From an uncultured Holophaga sp. (GTDB taxonomy: Bacteria; Acidobacteriota; Holophagae; Holophagales; Holophagaceae), in NCBI GenBank assembly GCA_963664825.1, contig OY761614.1:352001-416000 (forward strand): DNA of 64,000 nucleotides, given 5' to 3'. The notes beneath the pieces are model-generated. The model had not been told where the DNA came from. It saw only the letters and a program-made list of their open reading frames with translations, and searched no databases. Shown here one piece after another: positions 37,931 to 49,582 of this stretch. The stretch's first letter is position 1, and each line of letters starts with the position of its first letter. The position numbers were made by a program, and so were the translations under genes.

Positions 37931-38647
37931 TCAGCGGACCAGCCATGCCGCCAGGGCGGAGATGGGTGGCATCAGCAGCAGCGCCGGCAGCATGTTGATC
38001 ACGCGGATGGGCTTGATATCCAGGATCCGGAAGCCCGTGCCCACCAGGATGATGCCTCCGCAGGCCGAAGTGTCCACGATGAGGACCTGACTGAGGTGGA
38101 CCGCCAGCTGATGGGCGCCGAGCACGAGCGCACCTTCGATGATCAGCACGGGAATCCCAAGCAGGGCCACGTTGTATCCGACGGTCACGGCAAAGACGAG
38201 TGCCGTGAAGAGGTCCAGGATCGACTTGGCGAACAGCAGCGAGGCATCGCCGCTGAGGCCCTCCCGGAGGGCTCCCACGAGGCCCGTGGAACTGGCGCAG
38301 AAGAGCACGATCAGGCTGCTGAACGCCGCTGCGGTGCGATCGAGTTCCTCGTCGGAGGATGCTCCATCCTGGGCCTGGGGCACCCAACCCTGGACGCGGT
38401 GGGCCACGCGATGCACCCGCTCCTGAAGATCCAGCCATTCGCCCAGGAAGGTGCCCAGCACCAGCGATAGCACGATGACCGCGAAGTGCTCCGCCTTGAC
38501 CGTCAGCGCGACCCCGATCCCCATGGCGACGAGGCCGAAGACCGGCGGGAGTCCCTTGCGCACCCGTTCCGGCAGCCGATGACCCGCGAACCCTCCGGCC
38601 AGGCCTCCGCTGATGATGGCCCCCGCATTGAGAAAAGGTCCGATCAT
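37931..38647 (-). CDS. DUF554 (YdfK/YqgA-like) membrane protein
   Basis: GPFLNA..II.GG, LFCASSTG.VG...EG..GD..LL.AKSILDLF, RVINMLPALL. Confidence 0.88.
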   Translation of the reverse strand: MIGPFLNAGAIISGGLAGGFAGHRLPERVRKGLPPVFGLVAMGIGVALTVKAEHFAVIVLSLVLGTFLGEWLDLQERVHRVAHRVQGWVPQAQDGASSDEELDRTAAAFSSLIVLFCASSTGLVGALREGLSGDASLLFAKSILDLFTALVFAVTVGYNVALLGIPVLIIEGALVLGAHQLAVHLSQVLIVDTSACGGIILVGTGFRILDIKPIRVINMLPALLLMPPISALAAWLVR

Positions 38648-38770
38648 GCCTGCCCTCCGAATACACCCCTCCAGGCTCATCCAGAGGATCTTGGCGGAGC
38701 CTGGTCGGAAGGCGGCTTCAGCATCACGACTGCAGCGCAGGTCCGTCCGGGCTAGGGCCCCACGACATGC

Positions 38771-39376
38771 TCAGTTTAGCGGGGGAATCTTGTGATCAGC
38801 AACCATCCTCTGCCCGGCGAGCAGGCGCCCCGCCAGACGCCCGAAGGCCCTCTCCCGCCGGAACTGGCGACGGAACCCGGCACAGGGTCGGCCCTCCCTT
38901 TCGGGGCATGCCGCGCAGGGACCGCGCCAGGGGCCGCGGCGCCGATAGGCCCAGATGACCAGGACCGTGCCGAGGCAGAGGACAAGGGCAAGTCCCCAGC
39001 CCCCAACGCCGCCGCAGCGTATTCCCTGGAACCCGAGGAAGACCGCGCCCAGGGTCGGGAGCAGACGGGTTCCCGTTTTGCCCATCCCCCGGACCCAAGG
39101 AGCCGTGAAGACGCATGCAAGCCAGGCCAATACTGCGATGGTGAGTAAGGTCAGGGCCTCGGTAGTTAAGGCTGGCAGGAGACAACCCAGGGCGATCCCC
39201 GCCAGGGCCCCTAGCGCCACGAAGGCACACCCCTTGCAAATCCACATTCGGCCCACGCGCAGCACCTCCCCGCGATAGGCCTCGCACAAGGGGTGATGGG
39301 CATAGCGGTGGAATAAATGGGCGCGCCAAGCCAGGCGATCCAGACGCCGGGCCGTGTCGCGGGGAATCCGGTTCAC
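38771..39376 (-). CDS. Hypothetical membrane protein with His/Cys clusters
   Basis: GTGA overlap with the upstream gene; HHPLC...CKGC, 4 TM, CAACPE...CAG. Confidence 0.65.
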   Translation of the reverse strand: MNRIPRDTARRLDRLAWRAHLFHRYAHHPLCEAYRGEVLRVGRMWICKGCAFVALGALAGIALGCLLPALTTEALTLLTIAVLAWLACVFTAPWVRGMGKTGTRLLPTLGAVFLGFQGIRCGGVGGWGLALVLCLGTVLVIWAYRRRGPWRGPCAACPEREGRPCAGFRRQFRRERAFGRLAGRLLAGQRMVADHKIPPLN

Positions 39377-39726
39377 TTGGGTATAGGCCTCACCACCACG
39401 GCCGTGCCGTAGGCCACGATCTCGTTGGTGTTCTGCATGAGTTCGCTGGAATCGAAGCGCATGGCCAGCACCGCATTGGCGCCCATCTGGCGGGCGTGCT
39501 GCTCCAGACGGTTCATGGCCTCGTTGCGCGAATCATTGGCCAGTTCGGTGAGCATGGTGATCTCGCCCCCGAAGAAGGTCTGACAGCCCGCACAGACCGT
39601 CCCAACCACGCTGCGGCTGCGCACCGTAATGCCCCAGCAGGGACCGATGGCGCGTTCCAGCTCGAAGCCCGGAGGGGGCTCGAAGGTCGACAGGATGGGC
39701 ATCTGGTGGATGGTGATGGCGGACAT
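39373..39726 (-). CDS. YbjQ/UPF0145 family protein
   Basis: G.TVRSR, FGGEI, R.EA..RL...A..MGANAV..MRFDS, EIVAYGTAV; GAGGAGG RBS. Confidence 0.9.
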   Translation of the reverse strand: MSAITIHQMPILSTFEPPPGFELERAIGPCWGITVRSRSVVGTVCAGCQTFFGGEITMLTELANDSRNEAMNRLEQHARQMGANAVLAMRFDSSELMQNTNEIVAYGTAVVVRPIPK

Positions 39727-39739
39727 GGGTCCTCCTCTC

Positions 39740-39872
39740 CTATTCGTAGCGCAGGGTTTCAATGGGACGGGGCCCCCTCCGCAAGCCCGGCAAGGGCGCG
39801 CGGGAGCACAGCGCAGTGCGCTGCGCGATCGGGGGGTAGTCGGCGGAGCCGCGGGATCCACGAGGCCCGGCG

Positions 39873-39900
<28 letters not shown>
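39740..39900. repeat. Diverged 28-bp direct repeat duplicating the permease 3' end
   Basis: 39740-39767 and 39873-39900 match at 24/28; they encode PIETLRYE* and PIEALRYE*. Confidence 0.8.
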
Positions 39901-41095
<1,195 letters not shown>

Positions 41096-41099
<4 letters not shown>

Positions 41100-42355
41100 G
41101 ATTTCTGCCCCTTGCGCGTTTTCGCGGCTTCCTCGAGTTCCTGGTCGGACTTGGCCCGCAGCTTGACCGTGGCCTTCTCCTTCATCTCCTTGAGCTTGCG
41201 CACGGGGCCCGTGAGCACCTTCTCGTTTTCCTGGAGGCCCTCCTTCACTTCGAGGAACTGGGTGTTGGCGATGCCGGTCTGGACGGTGCGTTCAGCCGCC
41301 CGGCCATCCTTCACCACGAAGGCGACATTGCGCCCCTCGGGGCTGAGGAGCCCCTTCTTTTGGGCCTCCTCCATGGAACCTTCGCGTTCCAGCACGGATT
41401 GCAGGGGCACGCGCAGAACATTCTTGGCTTCACTGGTGAGCACCACGGCCCGGGCACTCATGCCGGGTCGTAGGCTGCCCACATCCTGGCGGGTCATATC
41501 CAGGGCCACCTTCACCAGGTACATATTGGCGTCGGTCCCGATCTTCTCGGAAGCCGTGGCCACTTCAAAGACCTTGCCCGGAAACACGCGCCCCGGCAGG
41601 GATTCCACTGTCACCTGAGCCGTCTGCCCGACCCGGGTGCGCACCACTTCGCTCTCGTTGACCTTGATCTCGGCGATGATCTCGCTCATATCGGAAATGA
41701 CCATGAGCATGGCCCCGGCGAGATTGGTCTGGCCGGGAATGGCCGTCTCACCCTTGAGGGCTTTGAGGCCCGTCACGCGCCCCGAGATGGGGGCGCGAAG
41801 TTCGGACTTGCTGAGGGCATCCTTCATGGCCGCGAGATTGGCCACGTTCTGCTGCACGTTGGCCTCGGCGGACTGGAAGCTGAGGTTGGAGGTGTCCCGA
41901 TTCAACTTGGCCTGGCGGAAGTCCTCGTCGCTGATGAGGCCCTGCTTGCTGAGGTTCTCCATGCGCGTGAAGTTCTCACCGGCCCGGATCTTAGCGGCCT
42001 TCAGGCGACTCGAATCCTGCCGGGCCCCCACGAGGGCGGCCTGGGCCTGGATCATGCTCTGTTTGAGGCGCTCAGGATCGATGGTCAGCAGCCGGTCGCC
42101 CGCCTTCACCTCCTGGCCATCCACCACGTGGAGGGCCTTGATCTCGCCCATGACGGAGGTGCCGATGCTGATCTTGGTGCGGGCCTGGATCTCCCCCGAG
42201 GCCGTGATGGTCTCCCGGATATCCCCCCGGGTGATGCGATCCCAGGCATAGGCATCGGATTCATCCCCTCCCCCGCCGAAGGCCACGCCCAGGGAGATGA
42301 GGAGGATGACGGCCGCACCCGCGCCGAGGATGAATTTGGTCTTGCGTGTGGTCAT
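41096..42355 (-). CDS. MacA/YknX-type periplasmic adaptor (membrane fusion protein)
   Basis: N-terminal TM, coiled coil, LRAPISG.V, LRPGMSA, V.EGL...E.V.TG. Confidence 0.9.
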
Positions 42356-43137
42356 CAGAAGATCCCGGCAATGAAGTGGAACAGGAGGCCGAAGCAGCCC
42401 GCGATGGCCATCAGCAGCGCGTTGGCCCAGGTCTTGAGGCGCATGGTGTATTTGGCGGCCAGGAACAGGGCCGCGAAGGAGAACACGTAGAAGGGATCCA
42501 CCACCGCCAGGAGCCCGCGCAACCAGGGGCTCTCGGGGTGGATCCAGAAGGCCAGCGTGGTGGGCGCCATGCTCGCGTAGGAAGCCGCCCCACCCACATT
42601 CCGCAGCAGGCACATGAGCCCGGCCAGCAGGGAGATGGGCACCATGGTGAGCCCGTGGACCGTGGTGGCCGCCCAGGCATGTTTGAAGGTGACATCCGGG
42701 TCCTCGCCCCCGAATTTGGAGAACGCGAAGAGGATGCCCGACAGGATCAACAACCCAAAGGGCACACCCAGGACCACGCCCAGGGAGGACGGAACGAAGG
42801 GTTTGCCCTGAGTGGCGGCCTTTTCCATGGCCTTATCCACGGCCGCCGAGGGCATCTCCGTGTGCATGACCTGTTCCATCACCTCGAACTTGCGCTTGGT
42901 CGCGGCTTCCATATCCACCTTGGCCGCCCAGGTGAGTGTGGCGAAGAGGCCCACCACCAGGGTCAGGACCAGGGCTCCCACCCAGGAGGGCGCGAGATGA
43001 AGGCGACGGAAGACTTCAATAGGTTCCGTGAAGAGGCCCGTGAACTGGTCCAGCACGCCCTGGGGCTGCCCGGCCGGAGCCTCAGGCTTCTCCTCCCCGT
43101 AGAGATTGGGTTCGGAGTTCGGAAGGAGATCGTTCAT
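42355..43137 (-). CDS. Yip1-domain (YknW-like) membrane protein
   Basis: LFTEP..VF..L...PSW...L; about 5 TM; DPF; sits in a MacAB-like cluster. Confidence 0.7.
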   Translation of the reverse strand: MNDLLPNSEPNLYGEEKPEAPAGQPQGVLDQFTGLFTEPIEVFRRLHLAPSWVGALVLTLVVGLFATLTWAAKVDMEAATKRKFEVMEQVMHTEMPSAAVDKAMEKAATQGKPFVPSSLGVVLGVPFGLLILSGILFAFSKFGGEDPDVTFKHAWAATTVHGLTMVPISLLAGLMCLLRNVGGAASYASMAPTTLAFWIHPESPWLRGLLAVVDPFYVFSFAALFLAAKYTMRLKTWANALLMAIAGCFGLLFHFIAGIF

Positions 43138-43270
43138 GGCGCACCTCGAAGGGATGGGAAAGGATACTGTGCCCGGTGGGTTTCCACATTCTGAGCCCGC
43201 CGAATGGTCATCACAGACCGTTCAGCGGTGGCGACAGCCCCGGAGGAACACGCAATCCAGAAAACCTGGG

Positions 43271-44548
43271 CTACTCGTAGCGGAGGGCTTCGATCGGATC
43301 GAGCTTGGCGGCCTTGTTGGCGGGGTAGAGCCCGAAGAGGAGACCCACGGCGGCGGGAACGGTGAGGGCCGAGGCGAAGGCCCAGAGGGGCACGGCGCCC
43401 ATGTGCTTCATCAGGAGCTGGCTGAGCGCGGCGCCGAGCACCATGCCCAGCACCACGCCAATGATCCCACCGGCGACGCAGAGCACGATGGCCTCGATGA
43501 GGAACTGGAAGAGGATGTGCTTCCGCCTTGCTCCCATGGCCTTGCGCACGCCGATCTCCCGGGTGCGCTCGGTCACGCTCACCAGCATGATGTTCATCAC
43601 GCCGATGCCGCCCACCAGGAGGCTTACGCCCACCATGGCGCCGCTGGCCATCATGAGGGTGCGGCCGATCTTCTCGACCTTTTCCACCTCCTTGCCGTTG
43701 CTCTCCAGCATGAAGTTGTCCGCGTCGTCCCCCCGCAGGCCCCGGATGCGCCGCAACGCCATGCGCAGGGACTCTTCGGCCTCCTTGACGGGCATCTTCC
43801 CATCCACCTGGAGGCGCCAGAACGGGCTATCGAAGGCGCCGGGGCGGGCCAGCTCCCGGAGGCTCCCGAAGGGCACATAGAACATGCCATCGGGCCCCCA
43901 CAGGGCAGAATCCTCATCCTCGCTCTCCTGGGGCACGAAGGGGACTTCCCCGTGCTTCTTGAGGATGCCGATGAGCTCCACCGTCTGCCCGGCCACCGTG
44001 AAGGTCTTCCCCACGGAGGCTTCTGAAAAGCCCAGATCCTCGGCGATCTTGGCCCCCAGGATGGCCAGGGGCGCTCGCGTCACCCGATCCGTGGCGGTGA
44101 AATTCCGGCCGCAGGCGATCTCGCCATTGGAGAGATCGAGCCCATTCTCGTCGATGCAGGTGAGGTAGCTGACGCGGCGCGTGAGGCCACCGGCCTTGAC
44201 CATCATCTGCTGGCTGAAGATATTGGCCTGGGGGCTGGCGATCTGGATCTGGGGGACGAGCTCTCGCAACTCCCGCAGGGTCTGGATATCCATGGGCATG
44301 CGCTTGACCTTGGCGGTCTTGAAGCGGGAGGGAGGCACATAGGAGCTGACGAAGAAGGTGTGGCTGCCCTCCTTTTTCACCTCGGCCATGATGCGGCTCT
44401 CCAGGGCCTTGGTGAGATTGACCACGATGAGCACGGAAGAGACGCCGATGATGATGCCCAGCGCAGTGAGCACGCTGCGCATGCGGTGGGCCCAGAGGCT
44501 GTGAAGGGCACTGCGGAAGGTCTCCTGGAAGCGCGTCCAACCCGTCAC
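43271..44548 (-). CDS. MacB/YknZ-type ABC permease (second paralog)
   Basis: RSVLTALGIIIGV, GGIGVMNIMLVSVTERTREIG, LDPIEALRYE; AGGAGG RBS. Confidence 0.93.
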   Translation of the reverse strand: MTGWTRFQETFRSALHSLWAHRMRSVLTALGIIIGVSSVLIVVNLTKALESRIMAEVKKEGSHTFFVSSYVPPSRFKTAKVKRMPMDIQTLRELRELVPQIQIASPQANIFSQQMMVKAGGLTRRVSYLTCIDENGLDLSNGEIACGRNFTATDRVTRAPLAILGAKIAEDLGFSEASVGKTFTVAGQTVELIGILKKHGEVPFVPQESEDEDSALWGPDGMFYVPFGSLRELARPGAFDSPFWRLQVDGKMPVKEAEESLRMALRRIRGLRGDDADNFMLESNGKEVEKVEKIGRTLMMASGAMVGVSLLVGGIGVMNIMLVSVTERTREIGVRKAMGARRKHILFQFLIEAIVLCVAGGIIGVVLGMVLGAALSQLLMKHMGAVPLWAFASALTVPAAVGLLFGLYPANKAAKLDPIEALRYE

Positions 44549-44609
44549 AACGCACCTCCTGTTGCGGGCTTCGCCTTCGGCAACGTGGCCCTCCGCTGCT
44601 GCTGCGGGC

Positions 44610-45833
44610 TCATGGCTTGGCCTTTTCCAGCTTCACGGCCATCCCTTGCGTGAGAGAGGGGAGCGCCTTGGTGGGGCCCGTGATGACCTGTTCGCCTTCC
44701 TCAAGGCCTTCCACCACTTCCGCGGCGCGCCGGGTGCCGAGCCCCGTCTTGATGGAGCGTTCCTCGGCCTTGCCCCCCTTGGCCACGAAGACCACGCTGC
44801 GGCTTCCCATCATCAGGCCGAGCCCGCCGGCCTTCGTCTCCCGTTCCTGGATGGCGGCCAGGGGCACCGAAAGCACGTTCTTGCGCTCGGCGGTGAGCAC
44901 CGCGAGTCGAGCGCTCATGCCCGGACGCAGGGATCCGAGCTCCTGGGGTGTGCCCTGGAGCTGCACCCGCACCTTGTAGCTCTGGGTCTCCGTGGTCGTC
45001 CCGCCGTACGAATTGCTCGCGGGCCTATCCGTCCCCGAGGCCACCGTGATGACCTTGCCCGCAAACACCTTGCCGGGGATGGCGTCGATGGTCACCTCCG
45101 CGGGCTGCCCGATGCGCAGCTTCACCACATCCAGTTCCCCCACCTTGATCTCGGCCATGAGTTCAGACATATCGGAGATCACCATGAGGACAGCTCCTGC
45201 CAGATTGGTCTGGCCCGCGATGGCGGTCTCGCCCTTCTCGGCCTTGAGTCCGGTCACCTGACCGGCCATGGAGGCGCGGATGACGGTCTTGGAGAGGGTG
45301 TCCTTGGCCTGGGCCAGGGCCGCCACCGCCTGCTGCACGCCGGCCTTGGCCCGTTCGAGCTGGGTGGAGGCATTGTCCAGATTGAGCTTCTCCTGCTGGT
45401 AGTCCTCGGTGGAGACGATGCCCTTGCCGTGGAGCTCCTCCCGCCGGGTGAAGGTCTTGGTCTGCTTGTCGAAGGTGGCCTGGGCGTTCCTCAGATCCTG
45501 GCGCGCGGTGGTGGCGGTGAGCTCGGCCCTCACCAGGTCCTGGCGGAGCCGCTCCTGATCCAGGGTCACCAGCAGATCCCCGGCCTTCACCCACTGGCCG
45601 TCCACGACATGGATCTCCCGGATTTCCGCCGTGATGGTGCTGCCCACATTCACCTTCGTGCGGGCCTGGATCTCGCCATTGGCCGTCACGCTCTCCCGCA
45701 GATCCTGTCGGCGGACGGTCTCCACCGAAAAGGGAATGTCCCCCCCAGAGCCTCTCAGGGTGATCCATCCGATGGAAGTGCCCACCACCAAGAGGGTGGC
45801 TGAACCGAGGAGCCACTTGTCGCGCCGTTTCAT
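44610..45833 (-). CDS. MacA/YknX-type periplasmic adaptor (second paralog)
   Basis: Same motifs as 41096..42355 (GEIQARTK, KGETAI.GQTNLAGA.LMVISDMSE, LRPGMSAR). Confidence 0.9.
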   Translation of the reverse strand: MKRRDKWLLGSATLLVVGTSIGWITLRGSGGDIPFSVETVRRQDLRESVTANGEIQARTKVNVGSTITAEIREIHVVDGQWVKAGDLLVTLDQERLRQDLVRAELTATTARQDLRNAQATFDKQTKTFTRREELHGKGIVSTEDYQQEKLNLDNASTQLERAKAGVQQAVAALAQAKDTLSKTVIRASMAGQVTGLKAEKGETAIAGQTNLAGAVLMVISDMSELMAEIKVGELDVVKLRIGQPAEVTIDAIPGKVFAGKVITVASGTDRPASNSYGGTTTETQSYKVRVQLQGTPQELGSLRPGMSARLAVLTAERKNVLSVPLAAIQERETKAGGLGLMMGSRSVVFVAKGGKAEERSIKTGLGTRRAAEVVEGLEEGEQVITGPTKALPSLTQGMAVKLEKAKP

Positions 45834-46014
45834 ATCGACCTCTCAAAGATTCATAGGCTGAGATACGACCACTCTATCGGGAATCGGGGCCCCCGTCAGC
45901 CTCCAGGCAAGTGGCATAAAACCGTGAATGGCCTATCTGTTTCCAAAAATGTCACCCCTCCCAACCCAAGACGTTGGAAAATAGGACACATCAGAGCGAG
46001 GTTTTCCCATTCCC

Positions 46015-46425
46015 ATGCTGCCTTCCCTCCTCCTCGTCACCCTGCTGGGCCTCTCCCAGGCTCCATTCCCCGTTGGAGAACCGGACGGAAGCCGGACCAT
46101 CGGCGTCGTGCCGCCCTTCAAGGCCGAACCCGCGCCCCCCGAATGGCTGCGGGCCACCTCCCACGCCCTGGCATCGGTGGATACCCGCCATTACATCTAC
46201 GAGGTCTATGCGGGGCCCAAGGAACAGTGGATCGTTCGCTACGTGATGCTCCCCGAGACCGACGAAGCCTTCCGGGAGATCGAGCAGGCCTTCCTCTTCG
46301 GCGCGAGTCCCAAGAAGAAGCCCCTCGAGCTCAATACCGCCGAGCTGAACTTCGAGCCCCGGGCCGCCACCTGGAAGAAACAGCCCTTCACTCTGGTGGA
46401 TCGCCGGGACCTGATGAAGCCCTGA
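46015..46425 (+). CDS. Hypothetical secreted protein
   Basis: Signal-peptide-like N-terminus; GC3-rich codons. Confidence 0.6.
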   Translation: MLPSLLLVTLLGLSQAPFPVGEPDGSRTIGVVPPFKAEPAPPEWLRATSHALASVDTRHYIYEVYAGPKEQWIVRYVMLPETDEAFREIEQAFLFGASPKKKPLELNTAELNFEPRAATWKKQPFTLVDRRDLMKP

Positions 46426-46468
46426 GCCTTCCTGGGCTAAATTAGGGGAGGCTTCCTTCGGAGCTTCC

Positions 46469-47563
46469 ATGCGAAAGCTGTTCTGGATTTCCCTGATCCT
46501 CACCACGGGCGTCTTGGTGGGCTGGTGCAGCAGCCAAGCCGTCGTCCACTCCCCCTCCACCCCCCGATCCATCGCGCCCCGGGGCGCCCTTCCCCCCTGG
46601 GAACAGGCCGGCATCGATCGCTTTCGCGAGGCCCGCCCCAGCGTGGTCTACATCACCACCATCGCCTACCAGCGGGACCTGTTCAGCTTCGATGTGCAGG
46701 CCGTGCCCACGGGCACGGGGTCGGGCTTCATCTGGGATGAACGGGGCCACATCGTCACCAACTACCACGTGGTGGAGAATGCCCAGGAACTGGAAGTGAC
46801 CCTCTCGGATCACAGCACCCACTCCGCCCGGCTGGTGGGCCTGGCGCCCGAAAAGGATCTGGCCGTCCTCCGCTTAGTGAATCCCCCGGCCCGGCTCCGC
46901 CCCATCCCCCTGGGCACCTCCGCCGATCTCCAGGTGGGCCAGTGCGTCATGGCCATCGGCAACCCCTTCGGCCTGGACCAGACCCTCACCACGGGCGTCG
47001 TCTCGGCCCTGGGCCGGGAGATCCAGAGCGCCACCCGCAGGCGCATCAAGGGCGTCATCCAGACCGATGCGGCCATCAATCCGGGCAATTCCGGCGGTCC
47101 CCTGCTGGATAGTGCGGGACGCCTCATCGGTGTGAACACAGCCATCCAGAGCACCAGCGGCTCCAGCGCGGGCATCGGCTTCGCGGTGCCGGTGGACACC
47201 GTGAACCGCATCGTGCCTCAGCTCATCGCCAAGGGCCGCGTGGCCCGGCCGGACCTGGGCTTCGAGGAACTCGATCCGTCCTACGCCTCCAGCTTCGGCA
47301 ATCCCCAGGGGGTCATCGTCCTCCGGGTGCGCCGGGGCAGTGCCGCCGACCAGGCGGGCCTCCAGGGCATCTCCCGCGCCGGTCAGCGCTTCCTGCTGGG
47401 AGACGTGATCGTGGGCGTGGGGGGAAAGGCCATCAAGGACGTGGATGGCCTGCTGGATCTGGTCGAGACCGAGCCTCTGGGCGGCTTCCTCCAGTTGGAG
47501 GTGCTGCGCCAGGGCAAGCGGATCCGCGTTCCCCTGCGGCTGGAGGCCCCCAAGGGGAACTGA
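46469..47563 (+). CDS. HtrA/DegP-family serine protease with one PDZ domain
   Basis: GSGFIWD..GHIVTNYHVV, DLAVL, IGNPFGL, QTDAAINPGNSGGPL. Confidence 0.93.
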   Translation: MRKLFWISLILTTGVLVGWCSSQAVVHSPSTPRSIAPRGALPPWEQAGIDRFREARPSVVYITTIAYQRDLFSFDVQAVPTGTGSGFIWDERGHIVTNYHVVENAQELEVTLSDHSTHSARLVGLAPEKDLAVLRLVNPPARLRPIPLGTSADLQVGQCVMAIGNPFGLDQTLTTGVVSALGREIQSATRRRIKGVIQTDAAINPGNSGGPLLDSAGRLIGVNTAIQSTSGSSAGIGFAVPVDTVNRIVPQLIAKGRVARPDLGFEELDPSYASSFGNPQGVIVLRVRRGSAADQAGLQGISRAGQRFLLGDVIVGVGGKAIKDVDGLLDLVETEPLGGFLQLEVLRQGKRIRVPLRLEAPKGN

Positions 47564-48079
47564 TCACTGCCCCAGCAACTCTTCCGGGCTTCCACCCTTC
47601 TCGGGAGGCTCCACGGGCTCTTCGGCTCGCCCCGAGACCGCCATCTGCCGGCGCCAGAGCCCCAGCAGATCCACCTCCTGGTGGAACTCGAAGGTGATGG
47701 TGCAGAGGGTGATGCCGTTGACGGAGGTGCGCTCCACCGAGACCGCGGAGGCCTCCGTGATCGCACTGCGGAACCCCATTCGAAAGGCCTTCCGGCGCAG
47801 GGCGTGCTCCACCTCCACCGTGCTGCGCCCTTCTGAACCTCGCGCGAGGGTTTCGGCCGCGCTCTGCAGGGCCAACCGCCCCGTCACCAAGGGGCCGAAT
47901 TTCCAGACCCCCACCAGGACGATAAAGAGCAGAAGGGTCAGGAAGATCTGCAGTCCCCGATGGATCACGATGGCCTGCCAGGCCTTCCGCCCGAGCCACA
48001 CCAAGCCCCTGATGGCCAGGTAGGGCAGACCGATCGTCAGGAGCAGGAGAATCCTCAGGATCTTCGGCAAATTCGTCAT
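47564..48079 (-). CDS. Hypothetical membrane protein (DUF4845/pilin-like architecture)
   Basis: Two N-terminal TM segments followed by a small alpha/beta soluble domain; start taken at MTNLPK. Confidence 0.55.
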   Translation of the reverse strand: MTNLPKILRILLLLTIGLPYLAIRGLVWLGRKAWQAIVIHRGLQIFLTLLLFIVLVGVWKFGPLVTGRLALQSAAETLARGSEGRSTVEVEHALRRKAFRMGFRSAITEASAVSVERTSVNGITLCTITFEFHQEVDLLGLWRRQMAVSGRAEEPVEPPEKGGSPEELLGQ

Positions 48080-48129
48080 GGACTCTCGCGAGGGACGGGC
48101 GCATCCCAGCCCCATCATGCCAGGGGGGA

Positions 48130-48468
48130 TCACGCCTTCGGGTGATACCGATCCGTGTCCGCGAAGTGGTCGACACCCTTGAAGCCAGGGAAAACCCGCG
48201 TGCGGTGCAATTTCCCGGCGGGGATGGCGTAGAAATCCCCCCGCATAAAGAGGCGCGTATAGCCGTCGATCATCAACTCCAGGCGGCCATCCACCACCAC
48301 GCCCCACTGCTCGCCATGGGAGTGCTCGGGCATCGTCACTTCCGTTTCGGCCTCCTTGAAGAGCACCTGCCCCGCATCGCCCTGAAGCAGCCAGCCGCGC
48401 ATGCCGCCGCAGGGCAGTTCCGCCTCGGGGAGACGGCGAACGAAGGCAGGGAAATCGCGCGGGTTCAT
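48130..48468 (-). CDS. Cupin-domain protein
   Basis: PEHSH.EQWG.V..G.LEL...G......GD.Y.IPAG..H. Confidence 0.88.
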   Translation of the reverse strand: MNPRDFPAFVRRLPEAELPCGGMRGWLLQGDAGQVLFKEAETEVTMPEHSHGEQWGVVVDGRLELMIDGYTRLFMRGDFYAIPAGKLHRTRVFPGFKGVDHFADTDRYHPKA

Positions 48469-48600
48469 GGGAACTCCCGAGGGGAGGACACGTGCATTGG
48501 AGAGGCTGGGAATAGATAACTATGCCACGCCCTTTTCCTTTGTGCGTCAAGGAACATTTCACGTTTTTCGCCTATCGGTCCCGGCCTTCCCGCAGGAGCA

Positions 48601-49503
48601 TCAGCCCTGATCGTGCCCCAGCGTGAGAGAGGTCCCGGGGGGCACACTGCGGGTGAGCCACACGTTCCCGCCGATAGTCGAGCCCTGGCCGATGGTGACG
48701 CGCCCCAAGATCGTGGCCCCGGCATAGATCACCACATCGTCCTCCACGATGGGGTGGCGGTCGATGCCCTTGATGGGCTTGCCTTCGCCGTCCAGGGGGA
48801 AGGTCTTCGCGCCGAGGGTGACGCCCTGGTAGAGCCGCACATGGTTTCCGATGATGCAGGTCTCGCCCACCACCACCCCCGTGCCGTGATCGATGAAGAA
48901 GCTTTCACCGATGCGCGCGCCGGGATGGATATCGATCCCGGTGAGGCTGTGGGCATGTTCGGTGATGAGGCGCGGCAGCAGCGGCACCTCCAAGAGATGA
49001 AGCTCGTGGGCCATGCGCTGATTGGTGATGGCCTGGATCCCCGGGTAACAGAAGACGGCCTCCTCCCGTGTCCTGAGGGCGGGATCGCCTTCGAAGGCGG
49101 CCGTCACATCGGTGGCCAGGAGGCGCCGGACCTCCGGGAGGCGCTGGATGAAGGCCCAGGCCAATTCAAAGGCGCGATCCTCGTGATCCACATAGCAGAC
49201 CTCGGGTCGGCAGCAGGAGCAGAAACCGCGCCGGATCTGCTCCCGCAGGCCGTGCAGCACCTTGTCGAGGGTGGCGCCGAGGTGGTAGCGCTGGGTTTCA
49301 AAGGTGAGCTCCGAGGGGCCGAAAAATCCAGGAAACAGGATGGCGCGCAGGTCCTCCACCAGTTCGTAGACGATATCCCGGCTGGGGAATTCACGCCTGG
49401 CCAGGGGCTGGTGGCAGGGCGCCTGGAGGGCGGCATTGGCTTCGCAGAGCGCCTCCACCACGGGACGCAGACCGGCACTGGGGGATGCGGGGTCGATCAC
49501 CAT
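48601..49503 (-). CDS. cysE: Serine O-acetyltransferase (CysE/EpsC type)
   Basis: GDPA, CYPG, TGIDIHPGA.IG..FFIDHGTGVVVGET, LYQGVTLGA, RHP; GAGGAGG RBS before ATG 49503. Confidence 0.92.
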   Translation of the reverse strand: MVIDPASPSAGLRPVVEALCEANAALQAPCHQPLARREFPSRDIVYELVEDLRAILFPGFFGPSELTFETQRYHLGATLDKVLHGLREQIRRGFCSCCRPEVCYVDHEDRAFELAWAFIQRLPEVRRLLATDVTAAFEGDPALRTREEAVFCYPGIQAITNQRMAHELHLLEVPLLPRLITEHAHSLTGIDIHPGARIGESFFIDHGTGVVVGETCIIGNHVRLYQGVTLGAKTFPLDGEGKPIKGIDRHPIVEDDVVIYAGATILGRVTIGQGSTIGGNVWLTRSVPPGTSLTLGHDQG

Positions 49504-49582
49504 GGGGGCCTCCTCGCCCTCATCATAGGCCCACAGTCCCCGAACCTCCGAGGGTTCCGCCAATCAACCCAAAGGACCAGGT

